From Anaeromyxobacter sp. (GTDB lineage: Bacteria; Myxococcota; Myxococcia; Myxococcales; Anaeromyxobacteraceae): a DNA stretch of 64,000 nt. The DNA lies in contig JASGJN010000020.1 of the NCBI GenBank assembly GCA_049840735.1, forward strand, positions 800,001 to 864,000. The letters run 5' to 3'. The notes under the pieces are model-generated. The model ran no database searches and was not told the DNA's origin. It was given only the letters and a program-made list of their open reading frames with translations. How positions within the stretch are numbered: the first letter of the stretch is position 1; the number at the start of each line of letters is the position of its first letter. Of the stretch, positions 51,410-63,553 are shown one piece after another. Made by a program: the position numbers and the translations under genes.

Positions 51410-52651
51410 ATGGGCTCGCCCGTCACCTGGCTCTTCCTGGCGTTCTTCACCGCCCAGCTCGCCATCGAGGCCAGCCTGCTCGTCCTCAACCTGCGCCGCG
51501 CCTCGGAGCGGCACGGCGTGCCCCCGGCGCTGGCCGGCCTCATCGACCCGGCGGTCGCCCAGCGCAGCCGGGCCTACACGCTGGCCAACGGTCGCTTCGC
51601 GCTGGTCTCGATGGTCTTCTCCGCCGCGACCACGCTGGTGGTGCTCCTCTCCGGCCTGCTGCCCTGGCTGGACCGCACGCTGGCCGCCGCAGGCCTGCAG
51701 GGCGCGCACCGCTTCGTCGCGTTCCTGGTGGCGCTCTCGCTGGGCGCCAGCCTGCTGGGCCTCCCCTTCTCCGTCTACCGGACCTTCGTGCTGGAGCAGC
51801 GGTTCGGCTTCAACCGGGTGGGCCCGCGGCTCTGGATCCTGGACCGGGTGAAGGGGCTCGCGCTCCAGGCGCTGCTGGGCATCCCGCTGCTGTACGCGGT
51901 CCACGCCTTCATGCGCTACGCGGGCGGCCTGTGGTGGCTGTGGCTGTTCGGGTTCCTGCTGCTGGTCCAGGTGCTGCTGCGCTGGGCCTACCCGACGCTC
52001 ATCGCCCCGCTCTTCAACCGCTTCGCGCCGCTGCCGGTGGGGCCGCTGCGGGAGCGGCTGGAGGCGCTGGCCAGCGAGGCCGGCTTCGAGAACCGGGGGC
52101 TGTTCGTGATGGACGCCTCGCGCCGCTCCGGCCACTCCAACGCCTACTTCACCGGCATCGTGCGGCCGCGCATCGTCCTGTTCGACACGCTGGTGCAGGC
52201 CATGAGCGTGGACGAGGCCGCGAGCGTGCTGGCCCACGAGATTGGCCACTTCCGCCGCAGGCACGTGCACAAGGGGCTGGCGCTCTCGGCCGCCATGACG
52301 CTGGCGCTGCTCTACGCGCTCTCGCTGCTGGTCGCCTGGACGCCGCTCTACGCCGCCTTCGGCTTCGACGCCCCCTCGTTCCACGCGGCGCTGGCGCTGT
52401 TCACGCTGGGCGGGGGCGCGTTCCTGTTCTGGATGGCGCCGCTGGGCGCCCTGCTCTCGCGGCGGCACGAGTACGAGGCCGACCGCTACGCGGTGGCCCT
52501 GGCGCGCGCGCCGGCCTCGCTCAAGAGCGCGCTGCTGCGGCTCAACGGGGAGAACCTCTCCAACCTGCACCCGCACCCGTGGTACAGCGCCTGGCACTAC
52601 AGCCACCCGGCGCTGGTGGAGCGGCTGGCGGCGATAGATCGCGCGGCGTGA
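51410..52651 (+). CDS. M48-family (Ste24-like) membrane zinc metalloprotease
   Basis: MDASRRSGHSNAYFTG, LAHEIGH, EYEADRYA, YSHP. Confidence 0.93.
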   Translation: MGSPVTWLFLAFFTAQLAIEASLLVLNLRRASERHGVPPALAGLIDPAVAQRSRAYTLANGRFALVSMVFSAATTLVVLLSGLLPWLDRTLAAAGLQGAHRFVAFLVALSLGASLLGLPFSVYRTFVLEQRFGFNRVGPRLWILDRVKGLALQALLGIPLLYAVHAFMRYAGGLWWLWLFGFLLLVQVLLRWAYPTLIAPLFNRFAPLPVGPLRERLEALASEAGFENRGLFVMDASRRSGHSNAYFTGIVRPRIVLFDTLVQAMSVDEAASVLAHEIGHFRRRHVHKGLALSAAMTLALLYALSLLVAWTPLYAAFGFDAPSFHAALALFTLGGGAFLFWMAPLGALLSRRHEYEADRYAVALARAPASLKSALLRLNGENLSNLHPHPWYSAWHYSHPALVERLAAIDRAA

Positions 52652-52667
52652 GGCGCTCGCCCCGCCC

Positions 52668-53621
52668 CTACCCGAACTTGAACGGCATCACCACCGAGAG
52701 CTCGAGCGGGCCCTGGGCGTTCGACCCGGGCACGAACTTGCAGCCCTTGACCGCATCCCAGATGGCGTCGCTGACGCGCTTGTCGGGCGGGGTGCCCAGC
52801 ACCTCGAACTGCTTGGGGACGCCGTCGGTGCCCACCGCGAACTTGACCGTGACGGCGCCGGGCGGCGTGGAGAGGCGCGGCAGGCGGATGGCGTCCATCA
52901 CGCAGCGCGGGCTCTCCAGCCTCGGCTTCACGATGTCGCCGGAGACGGGCGCGGGGCGCGGGGGCGTGGTCACCGCGACCGGCTGCACCGGGGCGGGCGC
53001 TGGCGCGGCCGGAGCCGGAGCCGGAGCCGGCGCGGGCGCGACGGCCACGATTGGCGCTGGGGCCGGAGCGGCGGGAGCGGCGGCCGGCGCGGCGGCGGTC
53101 CGGGCCGGCCTGGCCCTGGGCTCGGGGCGCGGCTTCTCGTGGGCTCGGGCGGGCTTGTCCGCGGCGGGCGCGGCCGGGGCGGCCGGCGCAGGGGCCGGCG
53201 CGACCTCGGCGACCGGGGCCGGGGCGGGCTGGACCGGCGCGGCCGCGACCGGGGCCGGCGGCGGCGTGGCGGCGGGGGTGGGCTCGGGGGGCGGGCCACC
53301 GCTGGTGGCCCACCAGGCGGCGCCGCCCACCACGGCGGCAGAGAGCACCACCACGCCGATCAGCAGCGGCGCCGCGCTCCCCTTCTTCGTGGCCGGCACG
53401 GCGGCGAAGGCGGGCCCCGCCTCCGGCCCCTTGTAGCGCCGGCGGGCGTCCGGGGTGGGCGTGTGGCGCGGTCCGGGCGCGGGCGCCCCGGGCGCCTGGT
53501 CGTCCAGCACGAAGTCCTCGTACCCGCCCGCAGGCGCGACCGCGGCTCCGCAGGCGGGGCAGCGCTGGGCGGTGCCCGGCACGGCGGCGCCGCACGAGGC
53601 GCAGGTGGCGTCGGACTTCAT
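52668..53621 (-). CDS. Zn-ribbon - TM - Pro-rich - TonB C-terminal domain protein
   Basis: CASCG...CPACG, single TM, PA-rich linker, VTVKFAVGTDG...CKFVPG; GGAGGAG RBS. Confidence 0.75.
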   Translation of the reverse strand: MKSDATCASCGAAVPGTAQRCPACGAAVAPAGGYEDFVLDDQAPGAPAPGPRHTPTPDARRRYKGPEAGPAFAAVPATKKGSAAPLLIGVVVLSAAVVGGAAWWATSGGPPPEPTPAATPPPAPVAAAPVQPAPAPVAEVAPAPAPAAPAAPAADKPARAHEKPRPEPRARPARTAAAPAAAPAAPAPAPIVAVAPAPAPAPAPAAPAPAPVQPVAVTTPPRPAPVSGDIVKPRLESPRCVMDAIRLPRLSTPPGAVTVKFAVGTDGVPKQFEVLGTPPDKRVSDAIWDAVKGCKFVPGSNAQGPLELSVVMPFKFG

Positions 53622-53775
53622 GGCTCTCCTCCCGGCCGGCGCGTCCTCCAGGGCGCGCGGGCACACCCTCCTTGTACCAGCCTGGACGCGGCCGGCCCAG
53701 ATCGGAGGGGAACCGTGAGTCCTACCTTGGCGCCTGCGCCTTCCGGCGGCCGCGCTCAGCGCGCGTGACGTGCGC

Positions 53776-55561
53776 TCAGACCGCGCCGTAGATGGCGGCG
53801 ACCTTGGGACCGATGGAGGCCAGCAGCGCGTCGCGCTTGAGCTTCAAGGTCGGGGTGACCAGGGCCGGGTGGTCCTGGGGCGAGCCGGCGATGACCACCA
53901 GCCGCTTGGGCTTCTCGTACTCGCTGAACTCGCGCAGCGCCCCGCGCGCCCGCGCCAGCAGCGCCTCGGCCGCGTCCTGCCCGCTCGCGGCCAGCCGCTC
54001 CAGCTCCTCGCGGGCCACGAACACCGCCGCGGCCACGAACGGCTTGCCCTCGCCCAGCAGCACCGCGCCCTCGAACGGCGCGGCCGAGGCGATGGCCTGC
54101 TCGATGGGCTCGGGCGAGAGCTTCTTGCCGGTGGAGAGGACCATGAGGTGCTTCTTGCGCCCCTCGATCCGGAGCAGGCCCTCGTCGTCGATGCGCCCCA
54201 GGTCGCCGGTGCGGAAGAAGCCGTCCGGGGTGAAGGCGGCCTCGTCGTCGGCGGCGTCCAGGTAGCCGGAGAAGAGCAGCGGGCCGCGCAGCCAGAGCTC
54301 CCCGTCGGGCGCGAACCGGACCTCGTGGTCCGGCGTGATCAGCCCGGCGCTGGCGGCCCGGCGCGGGCCGGTGAAGAGGTTGGAGGAGATGAGGCCGGCC
54401 GTCTCGCTCATCCCGTAGAGCTCGACGTAGGGGATCCCCAGCGACTCGAAGAAGCGGAACAGCCCCGGGGACGCCGGCGCGCCGCCGGAGAACAGGCCCT
54501 TCACGCGGCCGCCCAGCCGCTGCCGCACCGCCCGCCCCACCAGCCGGTCGGCCAGCCGGGCCAGCAGCCGGTCCGCCACCGTCCCCGCGCCGTCCACCCG
54601 CACCCGCGCCGCGCCCTCCAGGGCCCGCCGGGCCAGGGCCCGCAGCGGCGCCGGCAGGCTCTCCAGCCGGGCCTCCACCGCCATGCGGATCCGGTCGTAG
54701 ACCAGCGGCACGGAGAACAGGTAGGTGGGCCCGAAGCCCATGGCGCGCTCGATGTCCTCGCGCCGCGCCACCATCACCAGCCCGTGCCCCTGCGCCACCG
54801 CCAGCGCGAACTGGTCGTGGCCGGCCACGTGGGCGAAGGGCAGGAAGTGGAGCCCGAGGTCCTGGTCGGTGGTCCCCACCGCCAGGTTGCCGCCGTCGAT
54901 GGCGTGCACGATGGCGCGCTGCGGGACGCGCACGCCCTTGGGCCGGCCGGTGGTGCCGCTGGTGAAGAGGAGCAGGTAGGGATCCTCCTGCCCGACCGCC
55001 GCGGCCAGCGCCTCCAGCTCCGCCACCGGCAGCGCCGGCGCGTCCGGGCCGGTCAGCGCGTCCAGCGCCACGGTGCGGACCGTCTCCGGGACCCCCTGGA
55101 GCGGCTCGGCGCTGGCGACGAGCCGCAGCCCGGCCGCGGCCAGCGCGCCGGCCACCGGCGCGAGCTTGGCCCACTGCTTGGCCGAGGAGACCACCAGCGC
55201 CCGCGGCGACACCCGGCCGGCGATGGCCTGCACCTGGTCGGCGGAGAGGCTGGAGAAGAGCGCGGCCGGCTCGGCCCGCAGCAGCTGCGTGCCCAGCGCC
55301 ACCAGCTGCCAGTCCGGCGAGTTCTCCGCCAGCAGCAGCACCCGGTCCCCCGCCGTCACGCCGGCCGCGCGCAGCGCGCCCGCCGCGCGCCCGGCGCCGT
55401 CGCGGAACGCGGCGAAGGTGAAGCTGCGCGGGGGCGCCTCGGGCGACGCCGGGTCGATGAAGCGGAGGAAGGTCCGCTCCGGGTGACGGGCTGCGCTGGC
55501 CACCATCAGGGCGGGCAGCGTCCGGCCTGCGAAGCGCTCGAATCGGAAGGTTGCGGGGCAT
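53776..55561 (-). CDS. AMP-dependent acyl-CoA ligase (+1 indel at ~55542)
   Basis: FTSGTTGRPKG, SGGAP, YGMSET, TGDLG; GGAGGAG before ATG at 55561; one-base fix gives MPRNLPIERFAGRT. Confidence 0.88.
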
Positions 55562-55640
55562 CCGGGCGGAGACTCCTCCCGGGATGTCACCGCCGTGTCA
55601 CGGCCGCGCAGCGAGAAGTGGGCCCGTTCCCCACCTGGAC

Positions 55641-56966
55641 CTACTTCACCAAGAGGGCCACGCCTTCGACGTGGTGCGTCATGGGGAACATGTCCACCGG
55701 CACCACCTCGGCCAGGGCGAAGCCGGCCTCGGCGCAGGCCCGCAGGTCGCGCGCGAAGGTGGCCGGGTCGCAGGAGACGTAGACCGCGCGGCTCACGCCC
55801 AGCTCGCGCAGCGCGGGGCCGATGCCCTTGGCCCCGTCGCGCGGCGGGTCGAGCAGCACCGCGTCGAAGCGGCGCGCGGCCGGCCCGCGCTCGCGCGCCA
55901 GGGCCAGCGCCAGCTTGAGCGCGTCGCCGCCGAAGAAGCGGACCTCGGCCCCGCCGCGCCGCTCCGCCTGGTCGGCGCGCGCCAGCTCCAGCGCCGGCCC
56001 CTGCACCTCCACGGCCGCCACCGCCCGGGCCCGGGCCGCCAGCGCGCCGGTGAAGTTGCCGGCGCCGCAGTGCAGCTCCAGCACGTCGGCGCCCTCGGGG
56101 CGCAGGAGCCGCAGCGCCACCTCCACCAGCGCCGCGTTGGCGCCGCGGTTGGCCTGCTGGAAGACGTCGGGCCGGGTCCGCTGCAGCCCGGCCTCGGGGC
56201 GGGCCGGGTCGCGCGCCAGCCGCAGCACCGGGTCGCCCACCAGGGCGGGCGGGCCGGCCTCGGCCTGGAGCACCAGCCCGGCCAGCGCCGGCACCTCCTC
56301 CAGCAGCCGCGCGGACCGCTCGCGCAGCGCCGCGGTCACCTCCGGCACGCGCAGCAGCGCCGCGCCGCGCCGCTCCGCCTCCGACCACTCCAGCGCCACC
56401 TCGTGGGCCGGCAGCCGCGCCGCCACCAGCGCCGGCCCCAGCACCTCGCGCAGGGCGTCCAGCCCCGGCTCCAGCAGGTGGCAGGTGCGCAGCCGGACCG
56501 GCTCGTGCGAGCGGCGGCGGAAGAACACCAGCCCGCCGGAGGCGCGGTCCAGGTGGAACTTGGCCCGGGACCGGTAGCGGAGCGAGGCGGGGGACGGGAC
56601 GATGGGCCGCAGCGGCAGGCCAGCCGGGTCGAAGCGGCCGATCCGCTGCAGCGCGGCGGTCAGGGTCCGGACCTTGGCCTCGAGCTGGAGCCCGTAGTCC
56701 ACGTGCTGCCACTCGCAGCCGCCGCAGCCGGCGTCGAGCCCCGGCCCGGCCCCCAGGCCGAAGTGCGGGCAGGAGGCGGCGATGCGGGCCGGGCCTGGGC
56801 GCACCACCTCGAGCAGCTCGGCGTGCGCGGCCCCCTCCCCCGCCGCGAAGCGCACCCGCACCCGGTCGCCGGGGGCGGTGCAGGGGACGAAGACGGGACG
56901 GGCGCCCTGGCGGGCGACGCCCTCGCCGCCCGGTGCCAGCTCCTCGATGTCGATGATCTCTTCCAC
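55641..56966 (-). CDS. rlmD: 23S rRNA m5U methyltransferase (RlmD/TrmA family)
   Basis: TRAM domain, CPHF...CGGC, FQQAN, LDPPRDG, YVSCDPATFARD, DMFPMTHHVE. Confidence 0.9.
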   Translation of the reverse strand: MEEIIDIEELAPGGEGVARQGARPVFVPCTAPGDRVRVRFAAGEGAAHAELLEVVRPGPARIAASCPHFGLGAGPGLDAGCGGCEWQHVDYGLQLEAKVRTLTAALQRIGRFDPAGLPLRPIVPSPASLRYRSRAKFHLDRASGGLVFFRRRSHEPVRLRTCHLLEPGLDALREVLGPALVAARLPAHEVALEWSEAERRGAALLRVPEVTAALRERSARLLEEVPALAGLVLQAEAGPPALVGDPVLRLARDPARPEAGLQRTRPDVFQQANRGANAALVEVALRLLRPEGADVLELHCGAGNFTGALAARARAVAAVEVQGPALELARADQAERRGGAEVRFFGGDALKLALALARERGPAARRFDAVLLDPPRDGAKGIGPALRELGVSRAVYVSCDPATFARDLRACAEAGFALAEVVPVDMFPMTHHVEGVALLVK

Positions 56967-57006
56967 GGCGGGGAGATGGCGGGCGAGGTCCGGCCGCGCC
57001 AGCGGA

Positions 57007-57363
57007 TCAGACCTGCTCCAGCCCTTGGCGCAGCCGCTGGACGAACGCCTCCAGCTCGGCGCGCTGCGTCTCCTCGATGCCGGTGAACTCGACGCCCATG
57101 CCCGGGACCATGTTGGCCCGGTTGTCGAACTCGGTGACGCGGGTCACCCGGCCGGCGAGCTGGCAGGGGAAGGAGGCGCCGGGGAGCTGGATGAGGATGG
57201 TGACCGGCGTACCCACCGGCAGCGGCTTGCGGGTGTTGATGAAGAGGCCGCCCTGGCTGATGTTGGTGGCCCAGTCGGAGAGGAAGCTGCCCACGCTCCG
57301 GTACGCGACCGGGATGGCGTGGTGCAGGCGCATCGCGCGCCGCTTGTTATCCCTCGCCGTCAT
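57007..57363 (-). CDS. PilZ domain protein (TIGR02266-type)
   Basis: KRRAMR, NISQGGLFI, GMGVEF. Confidence 0.9.
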   Translation of the reverse strand: MTARDNKRRAMRLHHAIPVAYRSVGSFLSDWATNISQGGLFINTRKPLPVGTPVTILIQLPGASFPCQLAGRVTRVTEFDNRANMVPGMGVEFTGIEETQRAELEAFVQRLRQGLEQV

Positions 57364-57378
57364 CTCGGAAAAACTCTA

Positions 57379-58176
57379 TCAGGCGGGCGAGGCGGGGCCA
57401 AGGAGGAGTCGGACCGCGACACCGCGCCTCCGGCCCAGCCGCTCGGCCGCGCTCCCCTCGCGCACCGACACCTCCACCCGGCCGCCGCTGCCCACCAAGG
57501 CCAGCAGCGCGCCCCGCTCCACCTCCCCGAAGGTCCGCACGAACGGGACGGGCGCCCCGTCCACCTGCGCCTCGCGGACCGGGCGGCCCTCCAGGTCGGC
57601 GCCGCGGATGGAGGTCACGAGGTTCCCGTAGGGATCGGCCGCCAGCGTCACGCCGCCCACCTCGTCCCCCGCCTCGCTGGCGGTCGCCTCCGGCCAGTCC
57701 AGCCGGACCGGGTCGGTCACCTCCGGCCCCAGCGCCGCCGGCGTGCCGCCGCGGGCCAGGTAGGCGGCCGCCGGTGCGAACAGGTCGCGGCCGTGGAAGG
57801 TGGCGCTGCGCGGCAGCGGCAGGATGCCCCCGCCCAGCAGCGAGCGGACGCGGGTGCCCCGGCCCAGGAACGGGGTGAGCAGCCCGTTGTCCGGCCCGAG
57901 CAGCCGGCGCCCCTCTGCGTCGATGACGCAGAGCGCGCGCCGGGCGGTGCCCACGCCGGGATCGACCACCGCCAGGTGGATGGCGTCGCGCGCGAACCAG
58001 GGGAGGCAGGCCTCCAGGAGCAGCGCGCCGGCCAGGATGTCGTAGGGCGGGACCTCGTGCGTGACGTCCACGATGCGCGCGTCGGGGTGGGCGGCCAGCA
58101 GCACGCCCTTCACCTGCGCCGGATACCCGGAGCCGGCGCCGAAGTCGGTGGTGAGCGTGAAGAGCGGCCCGGCCAT
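57379..58176 (-). CDS. SAM hydroxide adenosyltransferase / chlorinase-fluorinase family (DUF62)
   Basis: [40 protein letters not shown]. Confidence 0.92.
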   Translation of the reverse strand: MAGPLFTLTTDFGAGSGYPAQVKGVLLAAHPDARIVDVTHEVPPYDILAGALLLEACLPWFARDAIHLAVVDPGVGTARRALCVIDAEGRRLLGPDNGLLTPFLGRGTRVRSLLGGGILPLPRSATFHGRDLFAPAAAYLARGGTPAALGPEVTDPVRLDWPEATASEAGDEVGGVTLAADPYGNLVTSIRGADLEGRPVREAQVDGAPVPFVRTFGEVERGALLALVGSGGRVEVSVREGSAAERLGRRRGVAVRLLLGPASPA

Positions 58177-58181
58177 CCCGC

Positions 58182-58838
58182 TCACGCGGCCATCGGCTTC
58201 AGCTCGGGCGCCACGATCAGCCTCGGCTCGGTCAGCGCCTGGACGGTCTCGACCGTCTCGCCCGGCGCCAGCTCGCGGAGCACCAGGCCGTCCGGCGAGA
58301 CGTCGATCCAGGCGCGGTCGGTGCACAGCGCCGACACGCAGCGCAGCCCGGTGATGGGCAGCGTGCACTGGCGGAGGATCTTGGGCTTCCCGTCCTTGGT
58401 GGCGTGCTCCATCATCACCACCACGCGCTTCGCCCCCACCACCAGGTCCATCCCGCCGCCCATCCCCTTCACCATCTTGCCCGGCACCAGCCAGTTGGCC
58501 AGGTCGCCGCGCTCGGAGACCTCGAGCGCGCCCAGGATGGCCAGGTCGATGTGGCCGCCGCGGATCATGGCGAAGGACTCGGCCGACGAGAAGAAGGCGG
58601 CGCCGGGGAGCACCGTGACCGTCTCCTTGCCGGCGTTGATGAGGTCCGCGTCCTCCTCGCCGTCCACCGGGTACGGGCCCACGCCCAGGATCCCGTTCTC
58701 CGACTGGAGCACCACCTCCACGCCGGCCGGCACGTAGTTCGCGACCAGGGTGGGCATCCCGATGCCCAGGTTGACGTAGAAGCCGTCGCGCAGCTCCCGG
58801 GCGACGCGCGCGGCGATCTGCTCTCGCGTGAGCGGCAT
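58182..58838 (-). CDS. scoB: 3-oxoacid CoA-transferase subunit B
   Basis: [24 protein letters not shown]. Confidence 0.95.
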   Translation of the reverse strand: MPLTREQIAARVARELRDGFYVNLGIGMPTLVANYVPAGVEVVLQSENGILGVGPYPVDGEEDADLINAGKETVTVLPGAAFFSSAESFAMIRGGHIDLAILGALEVSERGDLANWLVPGKMVKGMGGGMDLVVGAKRVVVMMEHATKDGKPKILRQCTLPITGLRCVSALCTDRAWIDVSPDGLVLRELAPGETVETVQALTEPRLIVAPELKPMAA

Positions 58839-58850
58839 GAGCGGTTCCTC

Positions 58851-59550
58851 CTAGGTGCGGGGACGGACGGTGCGGCGCTCGATCCAGCGCTCGTAGCGCT
58901 CGCCGCGGACCAGCCGCTTCACGTAGATGCCGGGCGTGTGGACCTGGTCCGGGTCCAGCTCGCCCGGCTTCACCACCTGCTCCGCCTCGGCGATGGTCAC
59001 GGCCGCGGCCGCGGCCATCATGGGCCTGGAAGTTCCGGGTGGTCTTCCGGAAGACGAGGTTGCCCCAGGTGTCGGCCTTCCAGGCGCGGACCAGCGCGAA
59101 GTCGGCCTTGAGCGGCAGCTCCAGCAGGTACTCGCGCCCGGCCAGCGTGCGGGTCTCCTTGCCCTGCGCCACCTGCGTGCCCACGCCGGTGGCGGTGTAG
59201 AAGCCGCCGATGCCGGCGCCGCCGGCGCGGATCCGCTCCGCCAGCGTGCCCTGCGGCACCAGCTCCACCTCCAGCTCGCCGGAGAGGTACTGGCGCTCGA
59301 ACTCCTTGTTCTCGCCCACGTAGGACGCGACGATCCTGCGGATCTGCCGCGCCTTGAGCAGCACCCCCAGCCCCAGGTCGGTGGTGCCGCAGTTGTTGGA
59401 GATGAGGACCAGGTCCTTCACGCCCTTGCGGTGCAGCGCCTGGATCAGGTTCTCCGGGTTCCCGCACAGCCCGAACCCGCCCACCATCACGGTGGCGCCG
59501 TCCCGGATGTCCGCCACCGCCGCGTCGGCCGACTCGACCCGCTTGTCCAT
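58851..59550 (-). CDS. scoA: 3-oxoacid CoA-transferase subunit A (+1 frameshift at ~59025)
   Basis: [37 protein letters not shown]; continues [13 protein letters not shown]...VHTPGIYV in the adjacent frame. Confidence 0.9.
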
Positions 59551-59563
59551 GTGGCCTCCCGGG

Positions 59564-60745
59564 CTAGCGCTCCACCACCACCGCCACCGCCTCGCCGCCG
59601 CCGATGCAGAGCGAGGCCAGCCCGCGCCGCAGGCCGCCGTCCTCCAGGGCGTGCAGCAGCGTCACCAGGATCCGCGCGCCCGACGCGCCGATGGGGTGGC
59701 CGAGCGCCACCGCCCCGCCGCGCACGTTCACCTTGCGTGGATCGAGCCCGAGCAGGCGGTTGTTGGCGATGGCCACCACCGCGAAGGCCTCGTTGATCTC
59801 CCACAGGTCCACGTCCTGCACGCCCAGTCCGGCCCGCGCCAGCGTGGTCCGGATGGCGTCGGCCGGCGCGATGGTGAACTCGATGGGCGCGCGGGCGGCG
59901 CCCCCCCAGGCGGTGATGCGGCCCAGCACCGTGCGCCCCTCGGCCCTGGCCCGCTCGGCGCTCATCAGCACCAGCGCGGCGGCGCCGTCATTGATGGAGG
60001 AGGCGTTGGCGGCGGTGACGGTGCCGTCCTTCTTGAAGACCGGCTTGAGCGTGGGGATCTTGTCCGGGCGGGCGCCGCGCGGCCCCTCGTCCTCGGCCAC
60101 GGTGACCGGGTCGCCCTTCTTCCCCTCAATCACCACCGGCACCATCTCCGCCTTGAACAGGCCGGCCTTCTGCGCCTCCTGCGCGCGGCGGGTGGACTCC
60201 AGCGCGTACTCGTCCTGGGCGGCCCGCGGGATGTCCTGGGTGGCGGCGCAGTGCTCGGCGCACATCCCCATGTGCTGCTGGCCGTACACGTCCCACAGGC
60301 CGTCGTGGATCATCCCGTCCACCAGCTCGATGTTCCCCATCCGCGCGCCGGTGCGGGCCACGCGGTCGTAGTACGGGACGTTGGACATCGACTCCATGCC
60401 GCCCGCCACCACCACCTCGGCGTCGCCGAGCGCGATGGCCTGGGCGCCGGAGATGACCGCCTTGAGCCCGGAGCCGCAGACCTTGTTGAGCGTCCAGGCC
60501 GGCGTCTTCTCGGGCAGGCCGGCGTGGATGGCCGCCTGGCGGGCCGGGGCCTGCCCCTCGCCCGCCTGCAGCACGTTGCCCATGATCACCTCGTCCACGG
60601 CCGCCGGCGCCACGCCGGCGCGCTCGAGCGCCGCGCGGATGGCCACCGCGCCGAGGCGCGGGGCGGGCACGGGCGCGAGCCCGCCGAGGAAGGAGCCGAT
60701 CGGTGTGCGGGCAGCGCCGACGATGACGACCTCGCGTCCGGCCAT
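59564..60745 (-). CDS. Acetyl-CoA C-acetyltransferase (thiolase)
   Basis: [28 protein letters not shown]. Confidence 0.95.
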   Translation of the reverse strand: MAGREVVIVGAARTPIGSFLGGLAPVPAPRLGAVAIRAALERAGVAPAAVDEVIMGNVLQAGEGQAPARQAAIHAGLPEKTPAWTLNKVCGSGLKAVISGAQAIALGDAEVVVAGGMESMSNVPYYDRVARTGARMGNIELVDGMIHDGLWDVYGQQHMGMCAEHCAATQDIPRAAQDEYALESTRRAQEAQKAGLFKAEMVPVVIEGKKGDPVTVAEDEGPRGARPDKIPTLKPVFKKDGTVTAANASSINDGAAALVLMSAERARAEGRTVLGRITAWGGAARAPIEFTIAPADAIRTTLARAGLGVQDVDLWEINEAFAVVAIANNRLLGLDPRKVNVRGGAVALGHPIGASGARILVTLLHALEDGGLRRGLASLCIGGGEAVAVVVER

Positions 60746-60910
60746 GACGTCCTCCGATGTGATCTCGCTGGGTGGGAAGCCGGCCCGGCTCTCCCGGGCG
60801 CGCCTGGAACATTAGGGAGCAGCGCGCGCGGCCGTCAACCGGACGTGCAGGGCGCTGCCCGGCGATCCTTGCCCCCGGTCCGCCCGCCCGGCACGCCACC
60901 CATTCCAGGG

Positions 60911-63395
60911 TCAGGCGGCCGCCACCTCGCGCACCAGCCGGCGAAGGTCGTCGGCGCCGAACGGCTTCTCCAGCCGGGCGTTCGGGACGCGCTCCAGGAA
61001 CTCGCCCGCCCGGGCGGTGAACGCGCCGCCGGTCAGGAACACCATGCGCCGCGCCACCTCCGGCGCCCGGACCTCCAGCAGGCCGTGCAGCTCCATGCCG
61101 GTCATCTCGGGCATCATCAGGTCGCAGAGCACCACGTCGAACCGGGCCCCGGTTCCCAGCCGCTGCAGCGCCTCAGCCCCGCTGGACGCCAGCTCCACCT
61201 CGAAGGCCCCGGCCAGCATCCTTTGCATCGCCCGGGCCACCGCGCGATCGTCGTCCACCACCAGCACCCGGAGCTTCCCCTCGGCCGTGCCGGGGCCCGG
61301 TGTGGGCGGTTCCGCCTCTGCCTGTGCCGGCGGCGGCGGCTCCGGCTGTACCGGCACAGCTGCCGGCGCCGGCGTGAACGCAGGCGCCACCACCGCCTCC
61401 GCCCCGGCGGCCGGCAGCGCGACGCGGAAGGTGCTCCCCTTCCCCGGCGCGCTCTCCAGCTCGATGGAGCCGCCCAGGCCGGTCACGATGCCGAGGCAGA
61501 TGGAGAGCCCCAGCCCGGTGCCGGCGCCGACCGGCCTGGTGGTGAAGAACGGCTGGAAGGCGCGCGCCTGCACCTCGGCGGTCATGCCCTCGCCGGTGTC
61601 CACCACCTCCAGGACCACCGACCGCCCGGCGCGGCGAGCCGAGACCCGCACCTCGTTGGCGTGGGCGTGGCCCTCCGGGATGGCCTGGGCAGCGTTGACG
61701 AGCAGGTTGACCAGCACCTGCACCAGCCGCCCCTCGCTCCCCAGCACCGGCGGCAGCCCGGGCTCGAGCTGCACCACCAGGCGCGCCCGCTGCCTGAGCT
61801 CCGACTCGGCCAGCGCCACCGCCGAGCGGAGCACGCCGGCCAGGTCCACCGGCTCCGGCGGCGTGTTCTCCGGCTCGCGCGAGAACACCCGCAGCCCGCG
61901 CACCACCTCGCGCACCCGCGCCGCCCCCTCGCCCGCGTCGCGCAGCGCCGCGGTCACCTCGGCCGCCGCGGCCGGGTCGGCGCCCGCCAGCGCCTCGATC
62001 CGCTCCGTGGCCACCTGCACGTTGGCGATGACGTAGGCCAGCGGGTTGTTGACCTCGTGGGCCACGCCCGCGGCCAGCGTGCCCACGCCGGCCAGGCGGT
62101 AGGCCTCCTCGGCCCGGCGGCGATCGGTCAGGTCGCGCACGGCGCAGATGGCCACCGCCCCCCCGGCGCGGTCCATGAGCGTGGCGGCCACCTCCACCGG
62201 GAGCGCGCCGCCCCCGGGGACCTGCAGGTGCGTCTCGAAGACGGCGCTCCGCTCCCGCTGCAGCGCCTCCCAGCGCGCGCGCCACTCCGGCTCGCCGGCC
62301 CCCACCACGAACCGCCAGATGGGCGGCGTGCCCGGCCCGCCCAGCTCCGGCCCGACCAGCCGCCGGGCGGCGGCGTTGGCGTAGACGATGCGCCCGGCGG
62401 CGTCGAGGATGCCCACCGGGTCGAAGCTGCGATTCGAGCGCCTCGGTGGTGAAGCGGAGCCGCTCGGCGGCGGCGGCCAGCGCCACCGCGGCCCGGCGCC
62501 GCTCGGCGACGGTGGCGGCCACCAGGTACTGCGTGGAGATGAGCATCCCCAGGAACAGCTGCAGCGCCGGGCCGACGTCGAAGCCGTCGCCGAGCGGCCC
62601 GCGGAAGAGCCGGGTGCCGGCGAAGGAGATGGCCGAGACGCCCAGCGCGGCCGCGGTGGTCCCGCGCGTGCCGAAGCGGAGCGCGCCCCAGAGCATGACC
62701 GGGATGACCAGGTACTCCTGCGCCAGCCAGTGGTCGCGCGGCGCGAAGAAGACCAGCGCCGCCGACCCGGTGGTGGCGGCGGTGGCCGCGACCGCCTCCA
62801 GCGCCCGCCCGGGCCGGCGGAGCAGCGGCGGGACGGGACGGCCCCACCAGGCCAGCACCGTCCCGGCCACCAGCAGCGTGCCCAGCGCCGAGCCGGCCGA
62901 CCAGCGCGCCCAGTCGAGGCCGAACCCCTGGCTGGTCAGCAGCGCCACCGCGACGGCCCCGATCATCCCGGACAGCGTGGTGCAGGCGAAGGCGGCCACG
63001 ACGATCAGCACCGCGACGTCGCGCAGCCGCGACATGGAGGGGCGCTCGCCGCCGGCAGCCCGCTGCAGGGCCCAGGCGCCCAGCAGCGACTCGGCGGAGT
63101 TGCCGGCGAAGAAGAGCAGCGAAGCCCAGACCGGCTGCCCGTGCAGCAGGTTGGAGGCGAGGTTGGCGGGCAGCGCGGCCGCCACCACCCAGGGCCAGGC
63201 GCGCCGCGGCCAGAGCAGCAGCGGCACCAGGTACACGCCGCTGGCCGGCCAGAAGGTGGAGTAGTAGGTGGTGCCGATGGTGAGCTGGCGCCCCAGCTCC
63301 GCCGAGAGCAGGTAGGCCACCGAGAACAGCACCAGCGCCAGCGGCGAGGGGCGCCTGCCGGCGCTCGTCGCGGGCCGGGTCATGCCGGAGTCCAT
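60911..63395 (-). CDS. Hybrid sensor kinase MASE1-PAS-HisKA-HATPase-REC (+1 indel at ~62433)
   Basis: MASE1 (FWPASGV...WGALRFG), GVAHEVNNPL, NLLVNAAQA, GTGLGLS, CDLMMP. Confidence 0.88.
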
Positions 63396-63553
63396 GTGGC
63401 CCTCCCGGGCCACTATAGGCGCAGGAGGCCTCGCCCCCCGGCGATCCGGCGCGCCTGCGCCCCTCAAGGGCGCCGCCTGGTGCGCCCGCGACCCGCTGGC
63501 GTTTGCGCCGGGTCCGGGCAGCCGGGGAAGGCCGGAGCGGAGCCGCGCCGTGA

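Noticed and set aside
52960..53300. Low-complexity GC repeats (also 41680-41960)
   Set aside because: Encode Pro/Ala linkers inside proteins; not DNA repeat elements
57379..59550. Apparent ScoA-DUF62 fusion (723 aa)
   Set aside because: Created by a one-base frameshift in scoA; scoB and the DUF62 gene are separate
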